DNA of 64,000 nucleotides from an uncultured delta proteobacterium (GTDB lineage Bacteria; Myxococcota; Myxococcia; Myxococcales; Myxococcaceae): NCBI GenBank assembly GCA_963771175.1, contig CAVYSY010000045.1, forward strand, positions 131,748 through 195,747, in the 5' to 3' direction. Position numbers and translations under genes: made by a program. Under the pieces are notes generated by a model that was not told the origin of the DNA, did no database searches, and was given only the letters and a program-made list of their open reading frames with translations. Shown piece after piece: positions 1-10,831 of this stretch (position 1 is the first letter of the stretch; each line of letters starts with the position of its first letter).

Positions 1-692
1 GGGTTCCGTCCCGGTAGAGGACCAGCCCGAAGCAGAGCGCCACCGCCGCCGCCGTGAGGGCCCAGCACGCAACGAGGTTGCTCCCAGGGGATGCGGTGGC
101 GCTCGAAGGCGAAGTCGGCGCCGAGCAGCGCGAACGGCCCGGTCTTGGAGAGATCGAGCTCCGTGAGGTGGTCCGCCGCGAAGGCGGCGATGGCCAGGAT
201 GACGTAGAGGGGGTTGCGGTAGCGGCCGAGCAGCCCGGCGAGCGCGAAGAAGGCTCCAGCCCAGCAGCACCGGGGTGGCCGCGCGAAGGGAGCAGAAGGA
301 GGACGAAGCGGGCGGTGACGTCCTCGCGCGCCCCGACCCTGCTCCAGAGGACGAGGAAGGTCAGCCGCGAGCGGGAGCAGCAGCACGGCCGCCCCGAGCA
401 CGAGCTTGGTGGTGAGGATGCGCGTGCGCGAGAGGGGAAGCGCTTCGAGGAAGAGCTGGGTCCGCTGGCCGTACTCGCGCACCACCAGGCGGTGGCCCAC
501 GAAGAGGGCTCCCACGCTGGAGAGGAGCACGGCGGGCATCTGGAGCAGCGCGAACAGGCTGCCCTTCGCTTCGGCGTAGCGCTTCTCCGCCAGGACGCAG
601 GAGGAACGAGCAGGAGCCCGAGGAGGATGTTGAGGAGGAGCCACGAGCCTCGGTGCTCGCGCCACTCCTTGCGCAGGAGGGCCCGCGCTCAT
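1..692 (-). CDS. ABC-2 type transporter permease (runs off window start; frameshifted)
   Basis: Minus-strand ATG at 692 overlaps the stop of the upstream ATPase. Hydrophobic segments and 'VVREYGQRTQLFLEALPLSRTRILTTKLVLG' are typical of ABC-2 permeases. Confidence 0.6.
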   Translation of the reverse strand, partial: MSAGPPAQGVARAPRLVAPPQHPPRAPARSSCVLAEKRYAEAKGSLFALLQMPAVLLSSVGALFVGHRLVVREYGQRTQLFLEALPLSRTRILTTKLVLGAAVLLLPLAADLPRPLEQGRGARGRHRPLRPPSAPFARPPRCCWAGAFFALAGLLGRYRNPLYVILAIAAFAADHLTELDLSKTGPFALLGADFAFERHRIPWEQPRCVLGPHGGGGGALLRAGPLPGRN

Positions 693-1169
693 GTCTCGTC
701 CGACCGCCGCGCGTAGGCGAGGAAGATGTTCTCCAGCGAGAGCGTCTCCACCGCCTCCGGAGCGAAGGGGCTCGCGGCCCAGTCCGCCGACGCGCCGAAG
801 AGCACCAGGGCCAGGCGCCCATCGGGCAGGCGCTCGCGTCTCACGAGCGAGAATCCGGGCGGGAGCTGCTCCGTCGGGGTCTCCAGCACCACCCGCCGGA
901 CCGACTGGCGGAGCGTGTCGAGGCTCGCCCTGGAAGCGCAGCCGGCCGTCGTGGAGGATGCCGATGCGGTGCGCCACCTCCTCCACCTCGCCGACGAGGT
1001 GGGACGAGAAGAGCGCGGTCTGCCCCTCGCGCCGGACCTGGTCGCGGAGGATGTCGAGGAACTCGCGCCGCGCCACCGGATCCAACCCGGCGGTGGGCTC
1101 GTCGAGGATCAGCAGCGGAGGGCGGTGGGCCAGCGCGAGCGCCCAGTGCTTCCAGGGCCTCGTGTCCAT
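689..1169 (-). pseudogene. ABC transporter ATP-binding protein, C-terminal half only
   Basis: Reads LALAHRPPLLILDEPTAGLDPVARREF...FSSHLVGEVEEVAHRIGILHDG (Walker B, D-loop, H-loop) and ends SLENIFLAY. No Walker A is present, and there is no room for it before the protease stop at 1237. Confidence 0.75.
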
Positions 1170-1236
1170 CTTGGGACCCGGGCCAGCCGTCCCTACCAGC
1201 CGGCCCGGGCCTTCGTGCTTCACACCCGATGGGTGA

Positions 1237-3757
1237 CTAGAACGTCACGGTCGAGTCGTTCGAGCAGCGGCTCGTGCCGGCATCGCACACGCGGTACGTG
1301 TACGTCCCCGCGGCGCTCACCTGGTCGGTGTGGGCGCCGTCGTTGGCCGTGGTGATGACCAGGGTGCCGTTGCGGAACACGTCCACGTTGGTGCCGCTGG
1401 CAGCGGACCACGTGAGGTCCACGTACTGCTTCTTGCCCTGGGTCCGCGTCGCGGAGGAGAGCGAGATGGACACCGGCGCCGTCACCGTCACCGTCTGCGT
1501 CCGGGTGCTGCTCAGACCCTGGCTGTCCGTCACCGTCAGCGCCACGGAGAAGGTGCCGCTCGCCGCGTAGGTGTGGCTCGGGTTGCTCGCGGTGGAGGTA
1601 GCGCCGTCGCCGAAGCTCCAGCTCCAGGAGGCGATGGTGCCGTCCGAGTCCGTGCTGGTGTCCGTGAAGCCGCAGGTCAGCCCGCTGCACGACGAGGTGA
1701 ACGAGGCCGCGGGAGCCTGCGCTCCGCTGCCATCACCCACCGGGAAGGCCAGGTCGTCGCGGTCATCGTAGCTGCCGGTGGTGCAGGTGCCAGCAGTGGT
1801 GCTGCTGTAGCGGAAGTTGCCGCGCACGGCCTGCAGGCTGCCGGACGGCAGGGTGTAGGTGGCCGAGAGCACCTGCGCGCCACCCGCGGCCGGCTTGAGC
1901 GTGGCGAGGAAGGTCCACGAGGGGTTGTTCGCGTCCGCCGTGTAGTAGATGTCCAGCGAGTCCGAGCTGCCGGTGGACCACGCCCACACCGTCATCTCCA
2001 CCTTCACCGTCTTGCCCGGCGCCAGCGGCGAGCCGTCCAGCGTGGAGATGCGGATGCGCTCCAGCGACTCGTCGCTCTTGTAGGTGCCGCTGTTGCCGTC
2101 GGCGCACGTGCCGCCCAGGGTGTTGGGAGCGTTGGTCTCCGGGCCCATCGTGCCGCGCCCGTTCACCAGCGCGCCGGTGTCGCAGTAGGCGCCCGGCTCG
2201 GTGCAGCGCGGCGCCTTGAGCGCGGCGTCGTAGCTGGCGATGCCCGGGTTGTTCACCGTCACGCTGACGGCGGAGCTGGTGCCCACGTTGCCGCCCGCGT
2301 CATAGGCCTTGGCCACGACGGTGTGGCTGCCGTTGCCGCCCAGGGTGGTGTTCCAGGCCACCTCGTACGGCGCGGTGGTGTCCGTGCCGAGGAGGGCCCC
2401 GTTGGCGAAGAAGGAGACGCGCGTCACGCCCACGTCGTCGCTGGCGTCGGCCGCGACGTTGACGGTGCCAACGATGCTGGCACCCGAGGTCGGGGCCGTG
2501 AGGGTGGCGGTGGGGGGGTTGTTGTCGGCCGGGCCGGAGGCGATGGCGCCGGTGTACAGCAGCAGGTTGGGCGAGCCGGTGCCCGGGCTGGTGACGACGC
2601 CCACCGTGGCCATGTTGGTGAGCACGCTGGTCACCTGCTCCGGGGTGGCGGTCGGGTTGGTGGCCAGGTAGAGCGCCGCGGCGCCCGCCACGTGCGGGGA
2701 GGCCATCGAGGTGCCGCTGATGGTGTTGGTGGCCGTGTCGCCCGTGTACCAGGCCGAGGTGATGTTCGAGCCCGGAGCGAAGATGTCCACGCAGGTGCCG
2801 AAGTTGGAGAACGAGGACGCGCGCGTCGCGTGTTGGTGGTGGCGCCCACGGTGATGGCGTTGGGCGTGCGGGCCGGGGATTGGTTGCAGGCGTCGCCGTT
2901 GTCGTTGCCGGCGGCGATCGCGTAGACCACGCCCGAGGCGATGGAGCTCGTCACCGCGTCATCCACCGCCTGGGAGGCGCCGCCGCCGAGGCTCATGTTG
3001 GCCACGGCCGGCTTGACGTGGTTGGCGGTCACCCAGTCCACGCCGGCGATGACGCCCTCGTAGGTACCGGAGCCGCGCGCAGTCCAGCACGCGCACCGCG
3101 TGCAGGCTCACTTCCTTGGCCACGCCCTAGGTGGCGCCGCCGACCGTGCCCGCCACGTGCGTGCCGTGGCCGTTGCAGTCATTGGCGCCGTTGCCGTCCG
3201 TGATGGCGCGAATAGTCCAGGCTGGCGCGGCCGCCGAAGTCGGCGTGGGTGGTGCGGATACCGGTGTCGATGATGTACGCGTGGACCCCGGAGCCGGCGG
3301 TGTTGTACGCGTACGTCTGGTCCAGCGGCAGCGCCACCTGGTCGACGCGATCCAGGCCCCACGTGGCGCCCGTCTGCGTGCCGGAGATGGACATGCGGCC
3401 GTTCTCCTCCACGTAGGCCACGTTCGGGTCCTCGGCGAGCGCGCGTGCATCCGCCTCGCTCATGTACGCCACGAAGCCGCGCAGCGCGTGACGGAACACC
3501 CGGCCCGTCTTGCCGCGGTAGGACGCCGCCAGTGCCGGCGCCACGTCCCTGACGTCCCCGCGCTCCTCGTTCTTGAGGACGACGATGTACTCGCCCGCCA
3601 CCGGCTCGAGGCTCCGGCGGAACTTCGTCGGCCGGGACTCCTTGATGGCGGCCTCGCGGCTCTGGAGGATGGCCTCGCTCCCGGTCGAGGGGTCGGCGTT
3701 GTTGCAGGCCATGGACGACAGGGCCGCTGCGGTCAGGAAGATGGGGATTTTACGCAT
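1237..3757 (-). CDS. Secreted subtilisin-like S8 serine protease (I9 propeptide, Ig-like and PKD domains); frameshifts and one in-frame TAG
   Basis: ATG 3757 with SD AAGGAG; signal peptide ending SSMAC; catalytic motifs [15 protein letters not shown] and [14 protein letters not shown] motif WSWSFGDG. Split over ORFs 3179..3892, 3127..3450, 2631..3041 and 1237..2790. Confidence 0.9.
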
Positions 3758-3890
3758 TACCACTCCTTGGAGGTACAACGGGTTTCCCTGATTTATCGCA
3801 AATGGAGCGGAAAAGTCGCGTTGCGGCCTGAATTGAATTTTTTGCCGAAGCGGCCGCCCCACGGAGCAGTCGCTGGAGGAGGAGGGCATC

Positions 3891-4685
3891 ATGGATGGGC
3901 CATCACCTACGCCGGCCTGGGGCGGGCGCCTGTTCCTCGCGCCGGGTGTCTTTCTCTATGTGGGCCCCGGGGGTGTCGCGGACGAGCATGCGCACCACGC
4001 CGTGCAGTTCGTCTGGGCGAGCGAGGGAGAGCTCACCCTGCGGTGGCCAGCGCGGAGGACCCGGGTGCGAGCGGCGCTGGTGCCCGCCAACCTCCCGCAC
4101 TCCTTCGAGGCGCAAGGCCAGCCCCTCGTGCTGATGCTCGTCGAGAGGCACGGGCCGCGTGGAGCGGCACTCGAGCGACGCGCGAGAGAGGGTCTGGGCC
4201 ATGAGCTCCTCGAGAGCCTGTCCGGCTTGAAGTTCCCATCGCTCGAAGCTGGCCCCGAGGAGGCCATGGCCTGGTGTGAGCGCGTCTTCACGGCGCTGGG
4301 AGCGACGTCCACCGGGGTGGAGGTGCCCTCGAGGGGGATCCGGCGCGCCATCGCGTATGTCGAGAGTGCGCTCGACACCGTTCCAAGCCTCGAGGTCGCG
4401 GCCGCCCGCGCCTCGGTATCACCCACGCGGCTCACGCACCGCTTCTCCGCCGAGGTCGGAATCCCGTTCCGTCGCTTCGTGCTCTGGGCCAGGCTCAAGC
4501 GAGCGGTCGAGGAGACCCGTCGTGGCGCCAACCTGACCGAGGCCGCGGTCGAGGCCGGGTTCAGCGACGCCGCTCACTTCAGCCGGACATTCCGGGCGAT
4601 GTTCGGGCTGAGCCCCTCCACGGTCCTCCCGCGCATGGAGTTCTTCGGCGGCCACTGGGTCGCTCCGGGCGCGCCTTCGCGGTGA
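3891..4685 (+). CDS. AraC family transcriptional regulator
   Basis: N-terminal cupin-like HAHHAVQ; C-terminal HTH with [21 protein letters not shown]. Confidence 0.93.
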   Translation: MDGPSPTPAWGGRLFLAPGVFLYVGPGGVADEHAHHAVQFVWASEGELTLRWPARRTRVRAALVPANLPHSFEAQGQPLVLMLVERHGPRGAALERRAREGLGHELLESLSGLKFPSLEAGPEEAMAWCERVFTALGATSTGVEVPSRGIRRAIAYVESALDTVPSLEVAAARASVSPTRLTHRFSAEVGIPFRRFVLWARLKRAVEETRRGANLTEAAVEAGFSDAAHFSRTFRAMFGLSPSTVLPRMEFFGGHWVAPGAPSR

Positions 4686-4731
4686 CCGCAACGTTCAAGC
4701 CTGTCTTTCCGGCCGTGGCTACCTTCGCGGC
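4686..4731 (+). promoter_or_regulatory. Putative leaderless promoter (-10 TACCTT at 4720-4725) with candidate AraC site GCAACGTTCAAG
   Basis: TACCTT lies 6 nt upstream of ATG 4732 with no SD. The region sits directly after the AraC stop. Assignment is inference. Confidence 0.45.
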
Positions 4732-5541
4732 ATGAACGAAGAATACCTGCGGCCCACGCCCCTGCTCGACCATGAGCACCCGAGCCTCCAGCGCCTCGTC
4801 GAGGAGCGCGGCTGGCGAGCGCTGACGGAGAGCGAGCGCATCGGCGCTGTCTACGCGTACGTCCGGGACGAGATTCGCTTCGGCTACAACGAAGCCGACA
4901 ACCTGCCGGCCTCGCGCGTCCTCGCGGATGGATACGGTCAGTGCAACACGAAGACGACCTTGCTCATGGCCCTGCTGCGGGCCTCGGGCATCCCGTGCCG
5001 GTTCCATGGCGCGACCATCCACAAGCGGCTGCAGAAGGGCGTCGTGAACGGCCTCTTCTACGCTCTGGCCCCCGCGAGCATCATCCACAGCTGGGCCGAG
5101 GTGCGGGTCGGCAACCGCTGGGTCGCGCTCGAGGGCGTGATACTGGACGTGGCCTACCTGTCGGGGGTGCGCGGGCTCGTGCCGCGAGGGCAGGGCGAGG
5201 GCGCCTTCCTCGGCTTCGGGGTCGGGACCGAGAACCTCGCCGAGCCTCCCATCCAGTGGCGGGGGAGCGACACGTTCATCCAGAAGACGGGAGTCAACCA
5301 GGACCTGGGCGTGTTCGAGCACCCGGATTCCTTCTACGCCGCGCACGGAACGAACCTCACGGGCGTGAAGGACTGGCTCTACCGGCACTGGATCCGCCAC
5401 GTGATGAACGAGAACGTGACGAGAATCCGGGCCCGCGGCGTTGGTCTGGCTGGCGGTTGCATGAGTCGGATTCCCGGCACCACACCGCCCCCGTGTGCCA
5501 TGGACGGACGGCACTCGGCTCCACAGAGTGGGGGGACATGA
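4732..5541 (+). CDS. Transglutaminase-like cysteine protease family protein
   Basis: [24 protein letters not shown] nucleophile motif, HSWAEV, and LEGVILD. Confidence 0.88.
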   Translation: MNEEYLRPTPLLDHEHPSLQRLVEERGWRALTESERIGAVYAYVRDEIRFGYNEADNLPASRVLADGYGQCNTKTTLLMALLRASGIPCRFHGATIHKRLQKGVVNGLFYALAPASIIHSWAEVRVGNRWVALEGVILDVAYLSGVRGLVPRGQGEGAFLGFGVGTENLAEPPIQWRGSDTFIQKTGVNQDLGVFEHPDSFYAAHGTNLTGVKDWLYRHWIRHVMNENVTRIRARGVGLAGGCMSRIPGTTPPPCAMDGRHSAPQSGGT

Positions 5542-6260
5542 CACCTCCGAAGGTCGGGCAGGCGGTGCTCGTGGCGCGTGGCCTCACCAAGGTGTACCGG
5601 ACGGGTGAGGTGGAGGTGCACGCGCTGCGGGGCGTGGACCTGGACCTGTATGGGGGCGAGTTCGTCGTCCTGCTCGGGCCCTCGGGCAGCGGCAAGTCCA
5701 CGCTCCTCAACATCCTCGGAGGGCTCGACGTGCCCACCGGCGGCGACATCTCCTACTACGACCACGACCTCGCCCACGCCGACGAGCGCGCGCTCACCCG
5801 CTACCGGCGCGAGCACGTGGGCTTCGTCTTCCAGTTCTACAACCTCATCCCCAGTCTCACCGCCCGCGAGAACGTGGCGCTGGTGACGGAGATCGCCGAG
5901 AAGCCCATGCGGCCGGAGGAGGCGCTCGCGCTGGTGGGGCTCGGCCAGCGGATGGACCACTTCCCCTCGCAGCTCTCCGGAGGCGAGCAGCAGCGGGTGG
6001 CCATCGCTCGGGCGGTGGCCAAGCGCCCGGATCTGCTCCTGTGCGACGAGCCCACCGGCGCGCTGGACTACGTCACCGGCAAGCTCGTCCTCGAGACGCT
6101 CGCGCGCATCAACACCGAGCTGGGCACCACCACCGCCGTCATCACCCACAACGCGGCCATCGCGGGCATGGCGGACCGGGTCATCCACATCGCGGACGGG
6201 CGCATCGTCCGGCTCGTGCCCAACCCGCACAAGCTGCGCCCCGATGAGCTGAGCTGGTGA
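5538..6260 (+). CDS. ABC transporter ATP-binding protein (MacB/LolD-like)
   Basis: [38 protein letters not shown] 5538 overlaps the upstream stop (ATGA). Confidence 0.93.
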   Translation: MTPPKVGQAVLVARGLTKVYRTGEVEVHALRGVDLDLYGGEFVVLLGPSGSGKSTLLNILGGLDVPTGGDISYYDHDLAHADERALTRYRREHVGFVFQFYNLIPSLTARENVALVTEIAEKPMRPEEALALVGLGQRMDHFPSQLSGGEQQRVAIARAVAKRPDLLLCDEPTGALDYVTGKLVLETLARINTELGTTTAVITHNAAIAGMADRVIHIADGRIVRLVPNPHKLRPDELSW

Positions 6261-6343
6261 GGATGCTCGATGGGGGCGCCGGGAGGGGGAGCGGATCCTC
6301 CGCCTCGTGCCCACACTCCCCATGGAGATGGAGGAACGAGACC

Positions 6344-6742
6344 ATGTACGAAGCGAACTACGCTCATACGCGGCGGCTTGATGGGGTGACGCAGGAGCAG
6401 GCGATCGCCCGGGTCAAGGAGGCGCTCGCCGCCGAGGGCTTCGGGGTTCTCACTGAAATCGACGTGAAGGCCACGCTGAAGAAGAAGCTCGGCGTGGATC
6501 GCAAGCCCTACGTCATCCTCGGCGCCTGCAACCCGGCCCTGGCCCACAAGGCTCTAGAAGCCGAGCCCGCAATCGGGGTGTTGCTGCCCTGCAACGTGGA
6601 CGTCTTCGAGGGCGAGGACGGGGCCGCCTGGATCCAGGCCATCCGGCCGCAGACGCTGTTCCGCATGGTGGGCAATCCCGCCGTCCAGCCCATCGCCGAG
6701 GAAGTGGATGCCCGGCTGCTGCATGCCCTGGAGAAACTCTGA
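6344..6742 (+). CDS. DUF302 domain protein
   Basis: [20 protein letters not shown]...ILGACNP...[16 protein letters not shown] before ATG 6344. Confidence 0.88.
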   Translation: MYEANYAHTRRLDGVTQEQAIARVKEALAAEGFGVLTEIDVKATLKKKLGVDRKPYVILGACNPALAHKALEAEPAIGVLLPCNVDVFEGEDGAAWIQAIRPQTLFRMVGNPAVQPIAEEVDARLLHALEKL

Positions 6743-6743
6743 G

Positions 6744-8056
6744 TCATGTCGCCGGGGCTGGCCGGCGGAGCCCGCGCGCTCGCTTCTTTCCTGGGACGGG
6801 ATGGGGGCGTTCTTCCGGACGCCAGGCAACGAAGGGCCTTCCCTCCCGGGCGCAGAGGAGCTGGATGCTCTGTCGCCCCGAGAGCGCCGCGATTGGCAGG
6901 CCCCCACCGGGTGAGACCCACTGACCGGCCATGAAGAAGGACTCCAGCCCCGGCAGGGTTCTGCGCGGGCTCTTGCGCATCGCCTCGGGCGTGGGGAGCC
7001 ACCCCTCATAGGCCCCCTTCCAGTTTCCCGTGTAGTGCTCGAAGGTCACGGGGGTCGCCACGTCCCGCATCTCCACCTGCGAGGAAATGCCGGGGAAGCG
7101 CTTCTCGAGCGCCGCGAGGAATTGACTCGCGACCCGCTCCTTCTCCTCGGCGTAGCGCTCCGGGTTCTGGCTCAGGGCCGCCCACCGGGCGTAATCCGTA
7201 TGGACGAGCACCTTCAGCACCGTTCGTCCCTCCGGTGCCAGCGTCGGGTCATGGTTGTCGATCTCCACCAGCACCCGGCGGTGCTCCTGGCCGGCGATCT
7301 GGAGAGGCTCGGGCAGCGGCAGGCTGATGCCCATGACGACGTGCGGAACGTCATCGAAACGCCGACGGACGCCGAACGCCACCTGGAGGATGCCCGGGAA
7401 GAGGGGATTCCGCTGGTAGAGCACGCGCAGCTCGTCGTCCACGTAGCGGCCTTCGAGCAGCTCGAAGAGGGTGGTGTGACCATCGGCCGCCGAGATGACC
7501 GCGTCGGCCCGATGCTTCTCTCCACTGGCGAGCCGGATGCCCACGGCGCGGCCGTTCTCGACCAGGATGCGCGCCACACGCGCCGTGTAGTGGAGCTCCC
7601 CCCCGAGCTCCCGGAAACGTGCCTCGATGGCACGGGAGAAGGCCAGCGAGCCGCCCACGGGGTATCCCGCCTGCGCCGCTCCGACGAACCCGAGGTTGAT
7701 GAGCAGGAAGAGGAGCGACGTCTCCGGAGGCCATGATCCGTGGGGGTGACGAGGGTGTGTCCGTCGAGCCCCTCGATGCGCATGAACTCAGCCGGATAGA
7801 GCATCTGGCGCCCCTGGACGGCGCCCAGCTCCTCCCACATGCGGTACAGGGGAGAGGTGGGGGCGGAGCCGACCACCCAGTGGACGCACCCATCGATGGT
7901 GTAGTCGTCGCGCTGCCAGGAGGTGCACAAGCCTCCGGGCTTGTCGTGCAGCTCGAAGAGCTTCGTCTGGTACCCGTTCATCCGCGCATAGCACCCGGCG
8001 GACAGCCCCGCGATGCCAGCGCCGATGACGATGAGTGATTTCTCCTGGTTCCCCAT
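6744..8056 (-). pseudogene. Phytoene-desaturase-family FAD-dependent oxidoreductase with apparent internal deletion and frameshift near 7730
   Basis: N-terminal GAGIAGLSAG...PGGLCTSW; C-terminal YPVGGSL...DVATPVTFEHYTGNWKGAYEGW...AGQWVSPGGG. The middle region appears to be missing. Confidence 0.75.
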
Positions 8057-8227
8057 GGATGAAGGGTGGAGCCCTCAGGAGGGAGGGGACAACCCCCCCC
8101 TTTCGTCCGTGCCTCCGGGGGAGGGGCGGCCTTCCAGGCGCGAAACTTCGCGCGTGGGCTGGAGGTGGGGGCATGATGGCGGGGAGTCCGAGTCCGGACC
8201 GTATCCGTTCAACAGTTGGGGGAATGA

Positions 8228-9679
8228 ATGAATTGGCTCCATGCGCGCATCGTGAGCGCGCTCGTTGTCTTCGTGCTGGTCGTGCCCGCCGCCGAAGCGG
8301 CAACGCGGCAGCAGGAGATTGATCGGCTCGTCACGAAGTACAACCAGTTGCGCCAGTTCAACGGTGCCCTGCTCGTCGCCGACGAGAAGGGCATCGTCCT
8401 CAAGAAAGCCTACGGCCAGGCGAACTTCGAATGGCAGGTGCCGAATACACCCGACACGAAGTTCCGCCTCGGATCGATCACCAAGCAGTTCACCTCGATG
8501 GTCATCATGCAGCTCGTCGCCGAGGGGAAGCTCAAGCTCGAGGACAAGCTCACGACGCATCTCCCGGACTACCGTAAGGATACGGGTGACCGCATCACGA
8601 TCGCCCAGTTGCTGAATCACACCTCGGGCATCCCGAGCTACACGTCGTTGCCCGCGTTCTTCGAGAAAGAGTCGCGCAATCCCTACACGGTCGCGGACTT
8701 CGTGAAGAAGTTCGCCAGCGGCGACCTCGAGTTCGAACCCGGGACGAAGTGGGCGTACAACAACTCCGGCTACTTCCTGCTCGGCGCCATCATCGAGAAG
8801 ATCACCGGAAAGACTTACGCGCAGGCGCTGCAGGAGCGGATCTTCGACCCGCTGGGGATGAAGAACACCGGCTATGACGTCTCCGCGACGGTGCTCCCGA
8901 AGCGCGCGAGTGGTTATCAGCTCGAGCCCAACGGGTACGTCAACGCGCCATACCTCGACATGGCGCTCCCCTATGCCGCCGGCTCCCTGTATTCGACGGT
9001 GGAGGACCTCTATCTCTGGGATCGCGCGCTCTACCTCGACAAGCTGCTGCCCGCGCCGCTCAAGCAGCAGCTCTTCACGCCGGGAATGGGCCAGTACGCC
9101 CATGGGTGGTTCGTGAAGCCGATCAAGCTGAACGACGGCGCGACGGAGCTCGCCACCATCAGCCACGGTGGCGGGATCAACGGGTTCAGCACGCTACTCA
9201 TCCGCGTACCTGAGCGGAGGGAGCTCGTCGTCCTCCTCGACAACACGTCGCGCGGCGGCAGGCTCCAGGAGATCGCGGCCGGAGTGCTGAGCATCCTTCA
9301 TGGCATTCCGCCCCGGCAGCCCCGGCCATCAATCGGGGAAGTCGTGCTGGCGACCATCGACAAGGCGTCCGTGGCGGAGGGAGTCGCCAGGTACAAGGCC
9401 TTCAAGGCGACGAAGCCGAACGACTACGACTTCTCCGAAAGGGAGCTGATTCGCGTTGGATATCAGCTGCTGGACGCTGGGCGCGTGGCGGACGCGATCG
9501 AGATCTTCAAGCTGAACGTGGAGATGTTTCCCAGCGATGGGAACACCTACGGCGGCCTGGGTGAGGCGTACAGGGCCAGCGGAAACAAGGAGCAGGCGAT
9601 TGCGAACTACCGCCGCGCTCTGGAACTGACCCCTGACAACACGGAAGTGGCGGCGAGGCTCAAGCAGCTCGAGGAGTAG
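8228..9679 (+). CDS. Serine hydrolase (beta-lactamase/AmpC-like family) with C-terminal TPR
   Basis: Signal peptide, GSITKQF (SxxK), YNNSGY (YxN), HGGGING; TPR-like tail GLGEAY...AIANYRRALEL. Confidence 0.92.
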   Translation: MNWLHARIVSALVVFVLVVPAAEAATRQQEIDRLVTKYNQLRQFNGALLVADEKGIVLKKAYGQANFEWQVPNTPDTKFRLGSITKQFTSMVIMQLVAEGKLKLEDKLTTHLPDYRKDTGDRITIAQLLNHTSGIPSYTSLPAFFEKESRNPYTVADFVKKFASGDLEFEPGTKWAYNNSGYFLLGAIIEKITGKTYAQALQERIFDPLGMKNTGYDVSATVLPKRASGYQLEPNGYVNAPYLDMALPYAAGSLYSTVEDLYLWDRALYLDKLLPAPLKQQLFTPGMGQYAHGWFVKPIKLNDGATELATISHGGGINGFSTLLIRVPERRELVVLLDNTSRGGRLQEIAAGVLSILHGIPPRQPRPSIGEVVLATIDKASVAEGVARYKAFKATKPNDYDFSERELIRVGYQLLDAGRVADAIEIFKLNVEMFPSDGNTYGGLGEAYRASGNKEQAIANYRRALELTPDNTEVAARLKQLEE

Positions 9680-9689
9680 GCCCCGCCGA

Positions 9690-10831
9690 CTAGAACGCGA
9701 GCCACTGGGGGCGGAACAGCAGCAGCAGCCCCAGCAGGAGCATCACCGAGCCGCTGAGCAGCTTGAGCCATCGCCCAGCGCGCTCCTGGAGCTTGTGCTG
9801 CCCGAGCGTCACCACGGCGATGAGGACCATCACCGAGTCGTCGAGGATGTAGGCCACGTTGTAGAGGGCGAGGTACGCGTAGTACTGCCAGGTGGGCAGG
9901 TGCTGGAGGACGAGCAGCTCGGTGTAGACGGCGGGGAGGCCCGCGGTGCAGGCCAGCTCGACGAGGTTGACGAGGAGGGCGAGCACCACCACGCCGCCCA
10001 TGGCCGGCAGCAGCGACTTCGCCTGGAGGAGCCGCCGCACGCGGGCATACAGGCTCGGCTTCGCGCTCTCGGGGATGGAGAGCGAGGGCCCGCGCTTGAA
10101 GGCGAGGAAGTCCTTCACGTTGAGGGCGCCGATGACGAGCGCCACCAGCCCCAGCACCACCTGGGTGACGCGCGAGAGGCCCAGGTACAGGAAGACGTTG
10201 AGCCACGCCGCCATGAAGGCGAAGTAGACGAGGCCACTGGTGAGCACGAAGGTGCCCGCCACCGCGAGCATCTTCCGGCGGCTGCGCAGGTTGACGAGCA
10301 GCGAGAGCAGGAACAGCAGCACCCACATGGCGCACGGGTTGAAGCCGTCCAGCAGGCCGATGAGGACGGTGAAGGCGGGCAGGCCCCAGTCCTTCAGGCT
10401 CACCCGGCCCACCCAGGGGGCGTCGATGGAGTCCAGGGGCGCTCCGGGCGGACATTCGGGGGACTCCGCGCCCACCGGACATAGGGCCGCGCTCGTCTCT
10501 CCGGGCTCCTGTCCCTCGAGGAGGGCCACGAGCTGCCGGCCCGTCGTCTCGGGGCCGCTGAAGCCGATGAGGAGCTGCCCCGCCACGTGGAAGGCCGGCA
10601 CGCCGAGGGCCCCCGCGGGCCCCTCTCCGGCCAGCTCCTGGAGCCGCGCGAGCGACTCGGGCTCCCGCACCACGTCGCGGTAATGCACCTGGAGCCCGGG
10701 GCGCTCGGCCTGGAGCTGGGAGAGGAACCGCTTCGCGTCCTCGCAGCGCGGGCAGCCCTCGCGGACGAAGACCTCCAGCTCCACCGGCTCGGAGGGAGTC
10801 TCGGCCGGGCGCCGGGGGCGGCCAGCAGCCC
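9690..10831 (-). CDS. Glutaredoxin/NrdH-like domain fused to a DsbD/CcdA-like membrane domain; 5' end disrupted
   Basis: CPRC motif; membrane domain with DGFNPCAMW and ELACTAG cysteine pair. The signal-peptide segment is duplicated or displaced (see repeats). Confidence 0.82.
10795..10831. repeat. Imperfect direct repeat, copy A (~37 bp)
   Basis: GGAGTCTCGGCCGGGCGCCGGGGGCGGCCAGCAGCCC; matches 12856-12893 with 3 mismatches and 1 indel. Confidence 0.8.

Noticed and set aside
1177..1209. CCCGGGCC...GGCCCGGG hairpin similar to 59624-59651, as a REP family
   Set aside because: Only two loose copies, which is expected by chance at this GC content.
3127..3129. In-frame TAG in the protease (GGAT*GVAK) as possible pyrrolysine or readthrough
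   Set aside because: The position is normally Tyr/Trp, one base from TAC/TGG, and lies amid several indels. No pyl genes are in view, so error or nonsense mutation is far more likely. The same applies to the TAG at 62186.
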